Below are positions 45,237 through 54,944 of a DNA stretch of 64,000 nt, one piece after another. The position numbers were made by a program, and so were the translations under genes. The DNA is taken from assembly GCA_026710865.1 (NCBI GenBank), contig JAPOQG010000255.1:484-64483 (forward strand), read 5' to 3'. The notes beneath the pieces are model-generated. The model was not told where the DNA came from, did no database searches, and saw only the letters and a program-made list of their open reading frames with translations. The stretch is from Acidimicrobiaceae bacterium. Its GTDB lineage: Bacteria > Actinomycetota > Acidimicrobiia > Acidimicrobiales > Aldehydirespiratoraceae. Within the stretch, counting starts at the first letter, position 1, and each line of letters opens with the position of its first letter.

Positions 45237-46127
45237 GTGGACGTATCGAAGATGGAGACCGGGAGAGACCGCGGTCTCGACGGCGCGGGGCCCGTGGACC
45301 GTGCAGCCGCCCTCCTCGGTGCATTCGACCGCGGCGAGTGGGTGGGGCTGTCGGCGCTCGCCCGGCGGGTCGGGCTCCCCAAGTCGAGCGCGTACCGCTT
45401 GCTGGGGATGCTCGAGCGCACGGGGATGGTGCAGAAGCGGGGGCCGTCGTACGCATTGGGGATGCGGCTGTCCGAACTCGGAAGCCGTGTTCCGCTGTGC
45501 GAGGCCGATGCGCTGCTCGAGCTGTCGGTGCCGCATCTCGTGGATCTCTGCGGCCGAGCCGGCGAGACTGTCCACCTCGCGATCCCGGACCGGACCGATG
45601 TCTTCGTAGCAGCGAAGCTGCACGCTCCCTGCGCCCCGACGGTGCCGACATCGGTGGGAGCGCGGCTGCCTGCGCACTGCACAGCGTTGGGAAAGGTGCT
45701 GCTCGCGTTCTCGCCCCGCGAGGTCCTGCATCGATTCCTCGTAAGACCGCGCGCCATCTACACGGGCCGGACACTGATAGAGGGACGGGTCATCGAGGCG
45801 GAGTTGGCGAGGGTGCGGCAAGAGCGGGTCGCGTACGATCGCGAGGAGTTGCTCACCGGTCTGGGGTGCACAGCCGTGCCGGTGCTCGGGGAGCGGGGCG
45901 CGATGGCGGCAGTCTCGTTGTCGGGCCGCAGCGATGCGGTCGGCAGGCATCGCGCTCAGCTCGCAGCGACTGCCGACGCGATCTCGGTCGCGCTGGCGAC
46001 CAAGCGCCCGGCGCCCCGGTCGCCGACCCCTCAGTGCTTCGTTCGAACCCGAGTCCGCCCTCCCGAAGTGGTTGCAGGCGGGCAGCGAGATCACGCCTCG
46101 CTGGAATTGTCGGCCAGCTCGACATAG
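45237..46127 (+). CDS. IclR-family transcriptional regulator
   Basis: HTH GLPKSSAYRLLGMLERTGMV, C-terminal effector-binding domain. Confidence 0.8.
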   Translation: MDVSKMETGRDRGLDGAGPVDRAAALLGAFDRGEWVGLSALARRVGLPKSSAYRLLGMLERTGMVQKRGPSYALGMRLSELGSRVPLCEADALLELSVPHLVDLCGRAGETVHLAIPDRTDVFVAAKLHAPCAPTVPTSVGARLPAHCTALGKVLLAFSPREVLHRFLVRPRAIYTGRTLIEGRVIEAELARVRQERVAYDREELLTGLGCTAVPVLGERGAMAAVSLSGRSDAVGRHRAQLAATADAISVALATKRPAPRSPTPQCFVRTRVRPPEVVAGGQRDHASLELSASST

Positions 46128-46179
46128 ATCTCGGCATCCTCAATGACAAGGGCAGCCGCGTGGTGACATGACTCCAGTC

Positions 46180-46698
46180 CTAGAAGAGCAGGGAGATGCA
46201 GTTGGCCAGCACCACGCTCTGGTCGAGCCTGATCGTGCGGTCGCAGATCAGCCAGCTGTCGCTGTCGCGTCGCAGCACGTCGGATCGTTCGCCGGCCCAG
46301 ATGTGGGTCTCGGACTCGAGACGGTTCGCGTAGCAGATGAAGTTGGACCGTACGGCGAAGCGGTCGGCGTCAGCTGGCGCCACCCGGATGTTGCCGATGA
46401 TACGGCGGGTCCGGGTGGGAGGCTGCTCCGCCCAGGCGAAGGCTGTCCGGAGCCGTTTGACCCGCCGCTCGAGCGTCGGCCAATCGTCGTCGAAGTGCGC
46501 GAGTTCCGAGTCATCGCTCGAGTCGCGCCTCTGCCGGCGCCCCTGGTTGAACCTCGTCGGCATCCAGTAGCGGATGTCGTCGGACAGGAGGCCGAGCCAC
46601 GTCTCGAAATCGCGGTCGTCGAGCAGCTGCGCCTCGTAGTAGAGGAATTGCTCGATCTCTTTGACGAGTTCGACGGCAGCGGTGTCCAGACGAGCCAT
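46180..46698 (-). CDS. Aromatic ring-hydroxylating dioxygenase beta subunit (NTF2/SnoaL fold)
   Basis: In-frame part of ORF 46180..46800 from ATG 46698. EQFLYYEAQLLDDRDFETWLGLLSDDIRYWMP is the typical beta-subunit N-terminus. Confidence 0.75.
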   Translation of the reverse strand: MARLDTAAVELVKEIEQFLYYEAQLLDDRDFETWLGLLSDDIRYWMPTRFNQGRRQRRDSSDDSELAHFDDDWPTLERRVKRLRTAFAWAEQPPTRTRRIIGNIRVAPADADRFAVRSNFICYANRLESETHIWAGERSDVLRRDSDSWLICDRTIRLDQSVVLANCISLLF

Positions 46699-46844
46699 GT
46701 TCGGATTCGGCCTTGCGCGTGTTCCAGGTGATCGGCAACTGAGATGACCGTACCAAGAGGCCGATTGTCGCAGCAACACCCGCGGTCCGTTGGACGGCAC
46801 GAGGGAGCGAGCCGCGGTGACGCCGCGCGCTCGAGGGTCGGGCG

Positions 46845-48392
46845 GTGCGATACTGCGGCCCGCAGAGGAATGCCGGGCTGCGGTGCGAAGGCGAGGGTGC
46901 GTTGACGGCGAGGACCATCGGGCTGGTGGGCACGGGAGTGATCGGTGCCGGCTGGGCGGTGCGCGCTCTGAGCCGCGGCCACGACGTGATTGCCTGGGAT
47001 CCCGTCGGCGGCGCCGAGGATCGGCTCCGGGCCGCCGTCGAGCGAGCCTGGCCCTCCGCCACCCGTCTGGGGCTGTTCCCCGGAGCCGATCCGGTCCGGC
47101 TGCGGTGGGCCGGCAGCCCCGAGGAGGTCGCGGCCGGGGCCGGCTGGGTGCAGGAGAGCGCCCCCGAGGACGAACCGCTCAAGCGGTCGCTCCTGCACAG
47201 GCTGGACGGGGCGGCCGATCCGGCGACGGTGATAGCCAGCAGCTCCTCGGGGCTGCTGCCCAGCCGTCTCGCCGAGGGGCTCGGCCATCCCGAGCGGCTG
47301 CTCGTCGGCCATCCGTTCAACCCCGTGTACCTGTTGCCCCTGGTCGAGGTCGTCCCTGGCGAGGCCACCGCCGAGGAGACAGTTGCCGCGGCCATGGCCC
47401 ACTACGGCGATCTGGTCATGTACCCGCTGCTGGTGCGCAACGAGATCGAGGGCTACCTGTCGGACCGCCTCCAGGAAGCGCTGTGGCGTGAGAACCTGCA
47501 CCTGGTGAACGACGGCGTGGCCACCACCGCCGAGCTGGACGACTCGATCGTCTACGGCCCCGGCCTGCGCTGGGCGGCCATGGGCACCAACCTCACCTTC
47601 CACCTGGCCGGAGGCGAGGGCGGCATGCGCCACATGCTGGGCCAGTTCGGGCCCGCGCTGAAGCTGCCGTGGACCCGGCTGGAGGCCCCCGAGCTCGGCG
47701 CAGAGTTGATCGAGGCCCTCGCCGCGGGCTGCGAGGACCAGGCCGGCGGCCGGTCCATCGCGGCGTTGGAGCGGCAGCGGGACGACTGCCTGCTGGCCGT
47801 GATGCGGGCGTTGCGACCGAGCGGCATCGGCGCCGGTCGCCTCGTAGCCGAGCGGGAGGCACGGATCCTGGCCGCCAGGGCGTCCACCGAGGCCGGGCCT
47901 TGGACGCCCGGCACCGGGATCGAAGCCCCGCTGGCCCTGTACGCGGCCGTGGTCGAGTCCGACTGGGTGGACTACAACGGCCACATGACCGAGTGGGCCT
48001 TCCTGACGGTGTTCGGGTGGGCGTCCGACGCGCTGTTCCGCTACCTGGGCATCGACGAGGCCTACCGGGCCGGCGGGCACTCGTACTACACGGTCGAGAC
48101 CCACCTCAACCACCGCCGGGAGGCCTCCCTCGGTGAGCCGTTGCGGGTCACCACCCAGGTGCTCGGCAGCGACGCCAAGCGGCTGCACATCTTCCACACG
48201 ATGTACCGCGACGGTGAGATGCTGTGCACCGGCGAGCAGATGCTGGTCCACGTCGACACCGCGGCCGGCCGCAGTGCGCCGCTGCTGCCCGGCCCCGCGG
48301 CCGCAGTGGCCGCGGTGACGGTCGCTCATGCGTCGATGCCGGCGCCGCCGCAGGCCGGTAGTCGCATGGCCATCCCCGAACCCGAGGATTGA
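46845..48392 (+). CDS. 3-hydroxyacyl-CoA-dehydrogenase-fold enzyme fused to a hotdog thioesterase domain (L-carnitine dehydrogenase-like long form)
   Basis: Rossmann IGLVGTGVIGAGWA, GHPFNPVYLLPLVEV, C-terminal ..VDYNGHMTEWAFL..YYTVETHLNH.. 4HBT-like. Start may be TTG 46902. Confidence 0.7.
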   Translation: MRYCGPQRNAGLRCEGEGALTARTIGLVGTGVIGAGWAVRALSRGHDVIAWDPVGGAEDRLRAAVERAWPSATRLGLFPGADPVRLRWAGSPEEVAAGAGWVQESAPEDEPLKRSLLHRLDGAADPATVIASSSSGLLPSRLAEGLGHPERLLVGHPFNPVYLLPLVEVVPGEATAEETVAAAMAHYGDLVMYPLLVRNEIEGYLSDRLQEALWRENLHLVNDGVATTAELDDSIVYGPGLRWAAMGTNLTFHLAGGEGGMRHMLGQFGPALKLPWTRLEAPELGAELIEALAAGCEDQAGGRSIAALERQRDDCLLAVMRALRPSGIGAGRLVAEREARILAARASTEAGPWTPGTGIEAPLALYAAVVESDWVDYNGHMTEWAFLTVFGWASDALFRYLGIDEAYRAGGHSYYTVETHLNHRREASLGEPLRVTTQVLGSDAKRLHIFHTMYRDGEMLCTGEQMLVHVDTAAGRSAPLLPGPAAAVAAVTVAHASMPAPPQAGSRMAIPEPED

Positions 48393-49567
48393 GCAAGGAG
48401 GCCGGCTTGGACTTCTCGATCAACGAATCCCAGCAGATGGTCGTCGACACCGTCCGCGCCTTCACCGAGCGCGAGCTCGTCCCCCACGAAGAAGAGGTGG
48501 AGCGCACCGGCGAGGTCCGGCCCGAGCTGGTGGACCGGATCCGCGGCAAGGCCATCGATGCGGGCCTGTACGCGGCCAACATGCCCGCGGAGCTCGGCGG
48601 CGGCGGCCTGGACGACCTGACCCTGGCCATGGCCGAGCGAGCCTTCGGCTGGACGGCGTACGCCCTGCACTACATCGTGGCCCGCCCCTCCAACATCCTG
48701 CGGGCCTGCACCGGCGACCAGGTCGAGGAGTACCTGCTGCCCACCGTTCGGGGCGAGCGGGTGGAGTGCCTGGCCATGAGCGAGCCCGACGCGGGCTCCG
48801 ACCTGAGGGGCATGACCTGCCGGGCCGAGCGCCGGGGCGACGAGTTCGTGGTCGACGGCGCCAAGCACTTCATCAGCCACGCCGACCTGGCCGACTACGT
48901 GATCCTGTTCGCAGCCACCGGCACGGCCGACACCCCGCGCGGCCCCCGCAAGCTGATCTCGTCGCTGCTGGTCGATCTCGACACACCCGGCGTCGAGCGG
49001 GTGCCGGGCTACAACTGCGTGTCGAACCGGGGCTACCACAACTTCATCCTCAACTTCGACGACGCCCGGGTGCCGGCCTCCAAGCTGCTGGGGGAGGAGC
49101 ACCGGGGCTTCGAGGTGGCCAACGAGTGGCTGGGCAGCACCCGCCTGCAGGTGGCCGCGGTGTGCCTGGGGAGGGCCGACCGGGCCCTGTCGGTGGCTCT
49201 CGACTGGGCCGCCACCCGTGAGCAGTTCGGGCAGCGCATCGGGCGGTTCCAGGGAGTGTCCTTCAAGCTGGCCGACATGCGCACCCGGCTGCTGGAGGCC
49301 GAGTTGATGACATACCGGGCCGCGTGGCTGTCGGCGCAGGACGAGATGACGGACGCCGACGCGGCCATGGCCAAGCTGTCGGCCACCGAGATGCTCCAGT
49401 TCGTGTCGGACGAGGCCATCCAGATCCTCGGCGGCATGGGGCTGATGGACGAGCTTCCGCTCGAGCGGATCTGGCGCGACGCCCGCGTGGACCGCATCTG
49501 GGACGGCACCAGTGAGATCCAGCGCCACATCGTGTCGCGCGACATGCTGCGGCCTCTCGGCTGCTGA
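48389..49567 (+). CDS. Acyl-CoA dehydrogenase
   Basis: ECLAMSEPDAGSDLRGM, GAKHFISHA, C-terminal ..IWDGTSEIQRHIVSR. Confidence 0.9.
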   Translation: MSKEAGLDFSINESQQMVVDTVRAFTERELVPHEEEVERTGEVRPELVDRIRGKAIDAGLYAANMPAELGGGGLDDLTLAMAERAFGWTAYALHYIVARPSNILRACTGDQVEEYLLPTVRGERVECLAMSEPDAGSDLRGMTCRAERRGDEFVVDGAKHFISHADLADYVILFAATGTADTPRGPRKLISSLLVDLDTPGVERVPGYNCVSNRGYHNFILNFDDARVPASKLLGEEHRGFEVANEWLGSTRLQVAAVCLGRADRALSVALDWAATREQFGQRIGRFQGVSFKLADMRTRLLEAELMTYRAAWLSAQDEMTDADAAMAKLSATEMLQFVSDEAIQILGGMGLMDELPLERIWRDARVDRIWDGTSEIQRHIVSRDMLRPLGC

Positions 49568-49614
49568 CATGCCGTGGCCCCGACAGTGATTCCGACCGCG
49601 AGCCGGCCCTGGTC

Positions 49615-51681
49615 GTGACCAGCCGGCTCGATCGGCTGTTGAGGCCGCGGTCGCTGGCCTTCGTCGGGGGCGCGGCCGCCGAGCTCGCCATCGACGCCTG
49701 CCGCTCCTTCGGCTTCTCGGGGGACATGTGGGCCGTCAACCCGAGCCGGGAGCTGCGGGGCCTTCCCACCTTCGCCTCAGCGGGAGAGCTGCCGGCCGGC
49801 GTCGACGCCGCCTTCGTGGGCGTCGACCGCCACGCCACCATCGCGGTGGTGGGCCAATTGGCCGCTCGGGGCACGGGCGCGGCGGTGTGCCATGCCTCGG
49901 GCTTCGCGGAGACAGGCGAGGACGCAGCGGCCCTTCAGCGTGAGCTGGTGGCCGCGGCGGCGGGAATGCCCCTGGTGGGTCCCAACTGCTACGGGACGCT
50001 GTCGGCGGTGGCCGGCGCGGCGCTGTGGCCCGACGTCCACGGGCTGGCCCGTTGCCAGCGCGGCGTCGCACTGCTCAGCCAGAGCGGCAACATCGCGGTC
50101 AACCTCACCATGCAGCGACGGGGCCTCGACATCGCCTGGGTGATGACGCTGGGAAACCAGGCCGATGTGGGTATCTCCGAAGCCTTCGAGGCCATGGCCG
50201 TGGACGACACGGTCACCGGGGTGGGTCTGTGCGTCGAGGCATTGGACGACATCGGGCACTTCGCCTCGGCCGCCGCCGCGGCACGCGACCGGGGTCTGCC
50301 GGTGGTGGCGCTCAAGCTGGGAGCCTCGGAGACCTCCGGCGCCATCGCGGTCACCCACACCGCCTCGCTGGTGGGCGACGACGCCGCCTACGACGCGCTG
50401 TTCCGCCGGCTCGGCATTCGGCGGGTGCACACTCTGCCCGAATTGCTCGACACGCTGGCCGTCCTGGTCGCGCTCGGACCGCTGAGGGGCAACCGGCTGC
50501 TGTCGTTGAGCTGTTCCGGCGGCGAGGCGGCTCTGGTCGCCGACCGCAGCCGCGGCCGCGATCTGTGCTTCCCGCCGTTTGCCCCCGACCACGCCGGCCG
50601 GGTGGCGTCCGCCCTCGACGGCCGGGTCGCGGTCACCAACCCGCTCGACTACCACACCTTCATCTGGGGCGACGAGGCTCGCCTGGCCGGCTGCTTTCGC
50701 GCCGCCCTCGGAGCGGGAGCCCAGGCGGCCGGCCCAGCGCCCTTCGATGCCGCGCTGCTGGTGATCGACTTCCCCGCCGAGGGGCTCGACCGATCGCGTT
50801 GGTGGCCCACCCTGCGGGCCTTCAGTGGGGCCTGCACCGCCAGCAGCACTCCCGGCGTGGTCGCCGCGTCGATGGCTGAGAACATGCCCGTCGAGGCTCG
50901 CGGCCGGGCCGGCGAGCTGGGTCTGGCCGCCTGCGCCGACATCGACACCGCTCTGTCCGCCCTCGAGGCCGCCGCCGTCTGGGGGCAGCGGACCCATGAA
51001 CCGGCTTGCCTGCCGCCGGCTCCGGCGAGCGGCACCAGCCTCGACCACACCGTGCTGTCGGAGTACGAGGCCAAGCGCCGCCTAGACGCGGCCGGGGTCG
51101 TCGTACCGGCCGGCACGGTCGTGGCTGCGGACCAGGCTGCGGCCGCCGCGGCCGAGATCGGGTACCCGGTCGTGGTCAAGGCCACGGGCCTCGCCCACAA
51201 GACGGAGGCCACCGGCGTGGTGGTCGGCCTCGAAGGCCCGGAGGAGGCAGCCGACGCGGCCCGGCGCCTCGCCGGCGGCGGCGGGACCGTGCTGGTCGAG
51301 TCCTGCATCACCGGCGCCGTCGCCGAGTTGCTCGTGAGTGTCCGGTCGGCGCCTCCGATCGGGATGCTGCTCACGCTCGGAGCAGGCGGGACTCTGGCGG
51401 AGTTGCTCGACGACACCGTCAACCTGCTGTTGCCGGCGCCGGGCGCCGGCGTTCTCGAGGCCCTGCGCAGCCTGCGGATCTGGCCGGCGCTGGCCGGCCA
51501 TCGGGGCCACCCTGCCGCCGCCGTCGATGCGGTGGTCTCGGTGGTCGCTGCACTGGGCGCGCTGGTGCGCGACGACCGCAGCATCATCGAAGTGGAGATC
51601 AACCCCCTCATGGTCACGCCGCACGCCGCCGTCGCCGCCGACGCGCTGATGCTCGTGGCCGAGCCACCGGAGCCTGACTGA
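49615..51681 (+). CDS. ADP-forming acyl-CoA synthetase (acetate--CoA ligase family: CoA-binding + ATP-grasp)
   Basis: LLRPRSLAFVGG CoA-binding start, ligase-CoA middle, ATP-grasp end (YPVVVKATGLAHKTE..GVVVGL). 688 aa. Confidence 0.8.
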   Translation: MTSRLDRLLRPRSLAFVGGAAAELAIDACRSFGFSGDMWAVNPSRELRGLPTFASAGELPAGVDAAFVGVDRHATIAVVGQLAARGTGAAVCHASGFAETGEDAAALQRELVAAAAGMPLVGPNCYGTLSAVAGAALWPDVHGLARCQRGVALLSQSGNIAVNLTMQRRGLDIAWVMTLGNQADVGISEAFEAMAVDDTVTGVGLCVEALDDIGHFASAAAAARDRGLPVVALKLGASETSGAIAVTHTASLVGDDAAYDALFRRLGIRRVHTLPELLDTLAVLVALGPLRGNRLLSLSCSGGEAALVADRSRGRDLCFPPFAPDHAGRVASALDGRVAVTNPLDYHTFIWGDEARLAGCFRAALGAGAQAAGPAPFDAALLVIDFPAEGLDRSRWWPTLRAFSGACTASSTPGVVAASMAENMPVEARGRAGELGLAACADIDTALSALEAAAVWGQRTHEPACLPPAPASGTSLDHTVLSEYEAKRRLDAAGVVVPAGTVVAADQAAAAAAEIGYPVVVKATGLAHKTEATGVVVGLEGPEEAADAARRLAGGGGTVLVESCITGAVAELLVSVRSAPPIGMLLTLGAGGTLAELLDDTVNLLLPAPGAGVLEALRSLRIWPALAGHRGHPAAAVDAVVSVVAALGALVRDDRSIIEVEINPLMVTPHAAVAADALMLVAEPPEPD

Positions 51682-51843
51682 GAACGCCTCGACCGGTTCG
51701 CCCTGCGTGGGCGGCTGTCGACCCCAGAAACTCCCCTCCATTCCGGATCAGTGGAGTCAGGATGGAGACTCAGTGGAGAGCGGTCCCGTGAAATAAGCCA
51801 CTTCGTCAACCGGCGAGGCCCTGTGGCGCAGCTAGGGTGATGG

Positions 51844-54036
51844 TTGGTGTCCATTCGGCGTGTCGGAACCCGGCTGGCGGCATTCTGTTTGGTCGTACTG
51901 GCCGCGATCGGCGCGCTCCCGGGCAATGCGGCCGCCGAGACGAGCTTGGTGGTTGAGGCCGGCTACGGCGGGCACGGCCAGCCCGGGCGACCGTTCCCGC
52001 TGCTGATCGCGGTCACCACCGACGTCCTCTTCGTCGGCGAGCTGCAGATCGGCAGCCCGGACTCCGGTCTCGCGATCGCCAGGCAGGTGGAGATTCCCGC
52101 CGGCACGACACGCGAGTTCACCGTCGTCTGGGAGGGGAACCCGTGGGGAGACGTTGTCGCGGTCGGGCTGGTGGCAGGGGGCGAGGTCGTTGCGTCAGCG
52201 ACAGCGCGCCCGATGGAGCAGCAGAACGTGGACCTGGCGGGGGTGTTGCCGGCGCTCGCCGATCGCGGCCTCCCCGAGCGGGCGCCCCTGGTCGTCGACG
52301 CCGGTGAGGCGATGCTCTTCCCGGTGGATCCGGCCGGCTTGGCGGCCGGATGGGCCGTGCTGGCACCGCTCGACTTCGTGGTGGCGACGGCCGCCGACCT
52401 TCGCGGGCTCGACCGCGCCGGAATGGACGCGTTGCTGGGGTGGGTGAACCGGGGCGGGCGCCTGATGGTGGACGAGCCCGCCGGAACCGAGATCCCGGGC
52501 GTTCCCGCGGCTTGGCAGCCCGGCGGTGCCCGGCAGCGGATGGCGGGCCAGGGCGAGATCATCGTCACCGAAGGCCGGGCCTCGTCGGGCCACTGGGATC
52601 GAATGTTCGAGCCGGCGGCTACCAGGTCGGCTCGGGAGGACGAGGCCTGGGCGGAGTTCGGCAGGTTCTGGGGCTTCGAGCCGCTGAGTTGGGCGCTGGG
52701 ACGCGACGCCGATGTGAAGCTCCCCAGCGCGGGCTGGCTCGCGGCCCTCGTCGGCGCCTATGTCGCGGTGGCGGGCCCGGGCGTGTGGCTCGCCGCGAGG
52801 GGGCTGCGCCGGCCTGGGCTGGGCTGGATCATGGTGCCGGTGGCCGCCCTCTGCTTCGCCGCCGTCATCTGGGCCTTCGCATCGAGTTTCAGGAACAGCG
52901 CCAAGACCGCCCACGGGACCATCGTCGAAGTGGCGCCCCGGGGGACGGTGGCCACCACGTTCTCGCTGCTGAACTCCAGCGGCGGCGGCCGCGACTCGAT
53001 CTCGCTGCCGCCGGGCTGGTCGGTGGCTTCCAGCCGCACCGAAGGTCAGCGCAGCGTGCTCGACATCGCCGACGGTCCGGCGGGGTCGGTCGCCTCGATC
53101 AAGCTCGACGCGGGCGGGTTCAGCATGCTCGGCGCCGGCGGCGCCCTGCCGGAGCTCGACGGCGCGCTCGAGGCGAGGGCCTGGTCCTCAGGAACGGGAA
53201 GGGTCACCGGGGTTGTGACCAACAACTTGGCGGTGGATCTGCACGAGGTCGCCGTGTTCGCGGACCAGGCCGGCATGAACGTCGGAACGGTGCCCGCCGG
53301 CTCGGCGGTGGAGTTCGACTATTCGGGCCGGGTGGCCGATCCATTCATCGGCGAGCCGATCGAGTTCCGGATCTGGGATGACGCGTTCGCACCGGACTTC
53401 CACGGCGAGGGCCGTCCCTACGATCCCGGGCCGGTCAACCTCGGGCTGTGGAGCGAGCTGAACGCCCGCTGGTCGCTCAACTCGCGGCGGGTGGGGCAGG
53501 TGGTGGTGGCGGCATGGACCGAGGATCTCGCCTCCCCGCTGGACGCCGGCGTTCGTGCCGGCCGGACGCTGCTCGTGGCCCGGGCCACGATCGAGCCCGA
53601 CGGCGGACTTCTCAGCGACATCGCCGTGCCCCGTGACATCGTGCGGGGCCCAGGAGCCCTGGGCTCCGACTTCAGGCTCATGGACGGATGGGGCGGCGGC
53701 GCCATGTTCCGCTTCGTGCTGCCCTCCGACGCTCGCCACCACGAGCTCGTGCTCGCCGTTCCCCGGGGCCAGCGGCGGATCGAGCTGTGGACCGGGGCCG
53801 GGGCCGGATGGCGCCACGTCGATCTGGAGGCCGACCGGACGGCGGTGTTCCGGCTGCCGCCCGAGAGCATCGACGACGGGCGCGTCTACGTGAAGGCCCT
53901 GTTCGACTTCGATCGCGGGTCCCCGCTGCTGCGAGAGCTGGCCGTGCGCAGCCCGCGGGCCGGTGAGGAGCTCTCGGCGCTGTCGTTCGTGACGGCCGAT
54001 GCCGCCCCGGGCGGTCGGGTCGGAGCGGCCGGATGA
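51844..54036 (+). CDS. Large secreted/membrane-anchored hypothetical protein (possible GldG/DUF4350-like auxiliary component)
   Basis: Signal peptide RLAAFCLVVLAAIGALPGNAAAE, central TM pair (WLAALVGAYVAVAGPGVWLAA.., IMVPVAALCFAAVIWAF). Stop overlaps the ABC ATPase start (ATGA). No motif I can name with certainty. Confidence 0.6.
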   Translation: MVSIRRVGTRLAAFCLVVLAAIGALPGNAAAETSLVVEAGYGGHGQPGRPFPLLIAVTTDVLFVGELQIGSPDSGLAIARQVEIPAGTTREFTVVWEGNPWGDVVAVGLVAGGEVVASATARPMEQQNVDLAGVLPALADRGLPERAPLVVDAGEAMLFPVDPAGLAAGWAVLAPLDFVVATAADLRGLDRAGMDALLGWVNRGGRLMVDEPAGTEIPGVPAAWQPGGARQRMAGQGEIIVTEGRASSGHWDRMFEPAATRSAREDEAWAEFGRFWGFEPLSWALGRDADVKLPSAGWLAALVGAYVAVAGPGVWLAARGLRRPGLGWIMVPVAALCFAAVIWAFASSFRNSAKTAHGTIVEVAPRGTVATTFSLLNSSGGGRDSISLPPGWSVASSRTEGQRSVLDIADGPAGSVASIKLDAGGFSMLGAGGALPELDGALEARAWSSGTGRVTGVVTNNLAVDLHEVAVFADQAGMNVGTVPAGSAVEFDYSGRVADPFIGEPIEFRIWDDAFAPDFHGEGRPYDPGPVNLGLWSELNARWSLNSRRVGQVVVAAWTEDLASPLDAGVRAGRTLLVARATIEPDGGLLSDIAVPRDIVRGPGALGSDFRLMDGWGGGAMFRFVLPSDARHHELVLAVPRGQRRIELWTGAGAGWRHVDLEADRTAVFRLPPESIDDGRVYVKALFDFDRGSPLLRELAVRSPRAGEELSALSFVTADAAPGGRVGAAG

Positions 54037-54944
54037 GCGCCGCCGCCCCCGTCGAGGCCAGCGGTCCGGGGAGCACGGCCGCGGTCGCCATCACGGGGCT
54101 GCGCAAGCGCTTCGGCAAGTTCGTCGCGGTCGACGACTTGAGCCTGGAAGTCCCGGCCGGGGCCATCTACGGCCTGATCGGGCCCAACGGAGCAGGCAAG
54201 ACCACCACCTTCGCGGTCATCTCGTCGGTGCTGGCGCCCAGTTCGGGCAGCCTGTCGGTTCTCGGCCACGACCCCGTCGCCTCGCCGCAGGAGGTCCGCC
54301 GGGTGCTGGGCTACATGCCCGACTCGCTCGGCGTTTACGCCGACCTCGACGTGGACGAGTATCTGCGCTTCTTCGCGGCGGCATACAAGATCCCGGCGCG
54401 GTCCCGGCCCGGCCTGCTCGACGGCCTGCTGGAGCTGGTCGCCCTGGAAGGCAAGCGCACCGCCCGGGTGGACAGCCTGTCGCGGGGAATGAAGCAGCGG
54501 CTGAGCCTGGCCAGAGCGCTCGTGCACGATCCGGAGGTGCTGATCCTGGACGAACCCGCCAGCGGCCTCGACCCGAGGGCGAGGTCGGAGCTGCGGGCCC
54601 TGCTCGTCCATCTCTCCGAGATGGGCAAGACCATCGTCATCAGCTCGCACATCCTCTCCGAGATAGAGGAGGTGTGCAGCCACATCGCCATCATGCAATC
54701 CGGGAGGATCGTGGCCGCGGGCGACACCGGGGAGGTCTCCAGCCTGCTGACCGGCGGCCGCCGTCTCCGAGCCCGGTTCGCGGACGGGACGGTCGAGGAG
54801 TTCACCGCCGAGAGCGCGCCGGAGCAGGCCGCGCTGCTGCGAGGGCTGGCCAACGACGACGCCCGTTCGCTGGTGGAGTTCAGCCGGGTCGGCGGCGGCC
54901 TCGAGGAGATCTTCCTGAGCCTCACCCACGGGGGTGACGAATGA
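54033..54944 (+). CDS. ABC transporter ATP-binding protein (ABC-2/GldA-NosF-like)
   Basis: GPNGAGKTT, LSRGMKQRLSLARAL, ILDEPASGLD. Confidence 0.9.
   Translation: MSAAAPVEASGPGSTAAVAITGLRKRFGKFVAVDDLSLEVPAGAIYGLIGPNGAGKTTTFAVISSVLAPSSGSLSVLGHDPVASPQEVRRVLGYMPDSLGVYADLDVDEYLRFFAAAYKIPARSRPGLLDGLLELVALEGKRTARVDSLSRGMKQRLSLARALVHDPEVLILDEPASGLDPRARSELRALLVHLSEMGKTIVISSHILSEIEEVCSHIAIMQSGRIVAAGDTGEVSSLLTGGRRLRARFADGTVEEFTAESAPEQAALLRGLANDDARSLVEFSRVGGGLEEIFLSLTHGGDE

Noticed and set aside
46248-48329. 693-aa minus-strand ORF opposite the dehydrogenase-thioesterase gene. Similar cases are 49777..51048(-), 50649..51926(-), 53886..54929(-), 54335..55888(-) and 57145..58806(-).
   Set aside because: These are shadow frames of well-supported plus-strand genes, with low-complexity composition.
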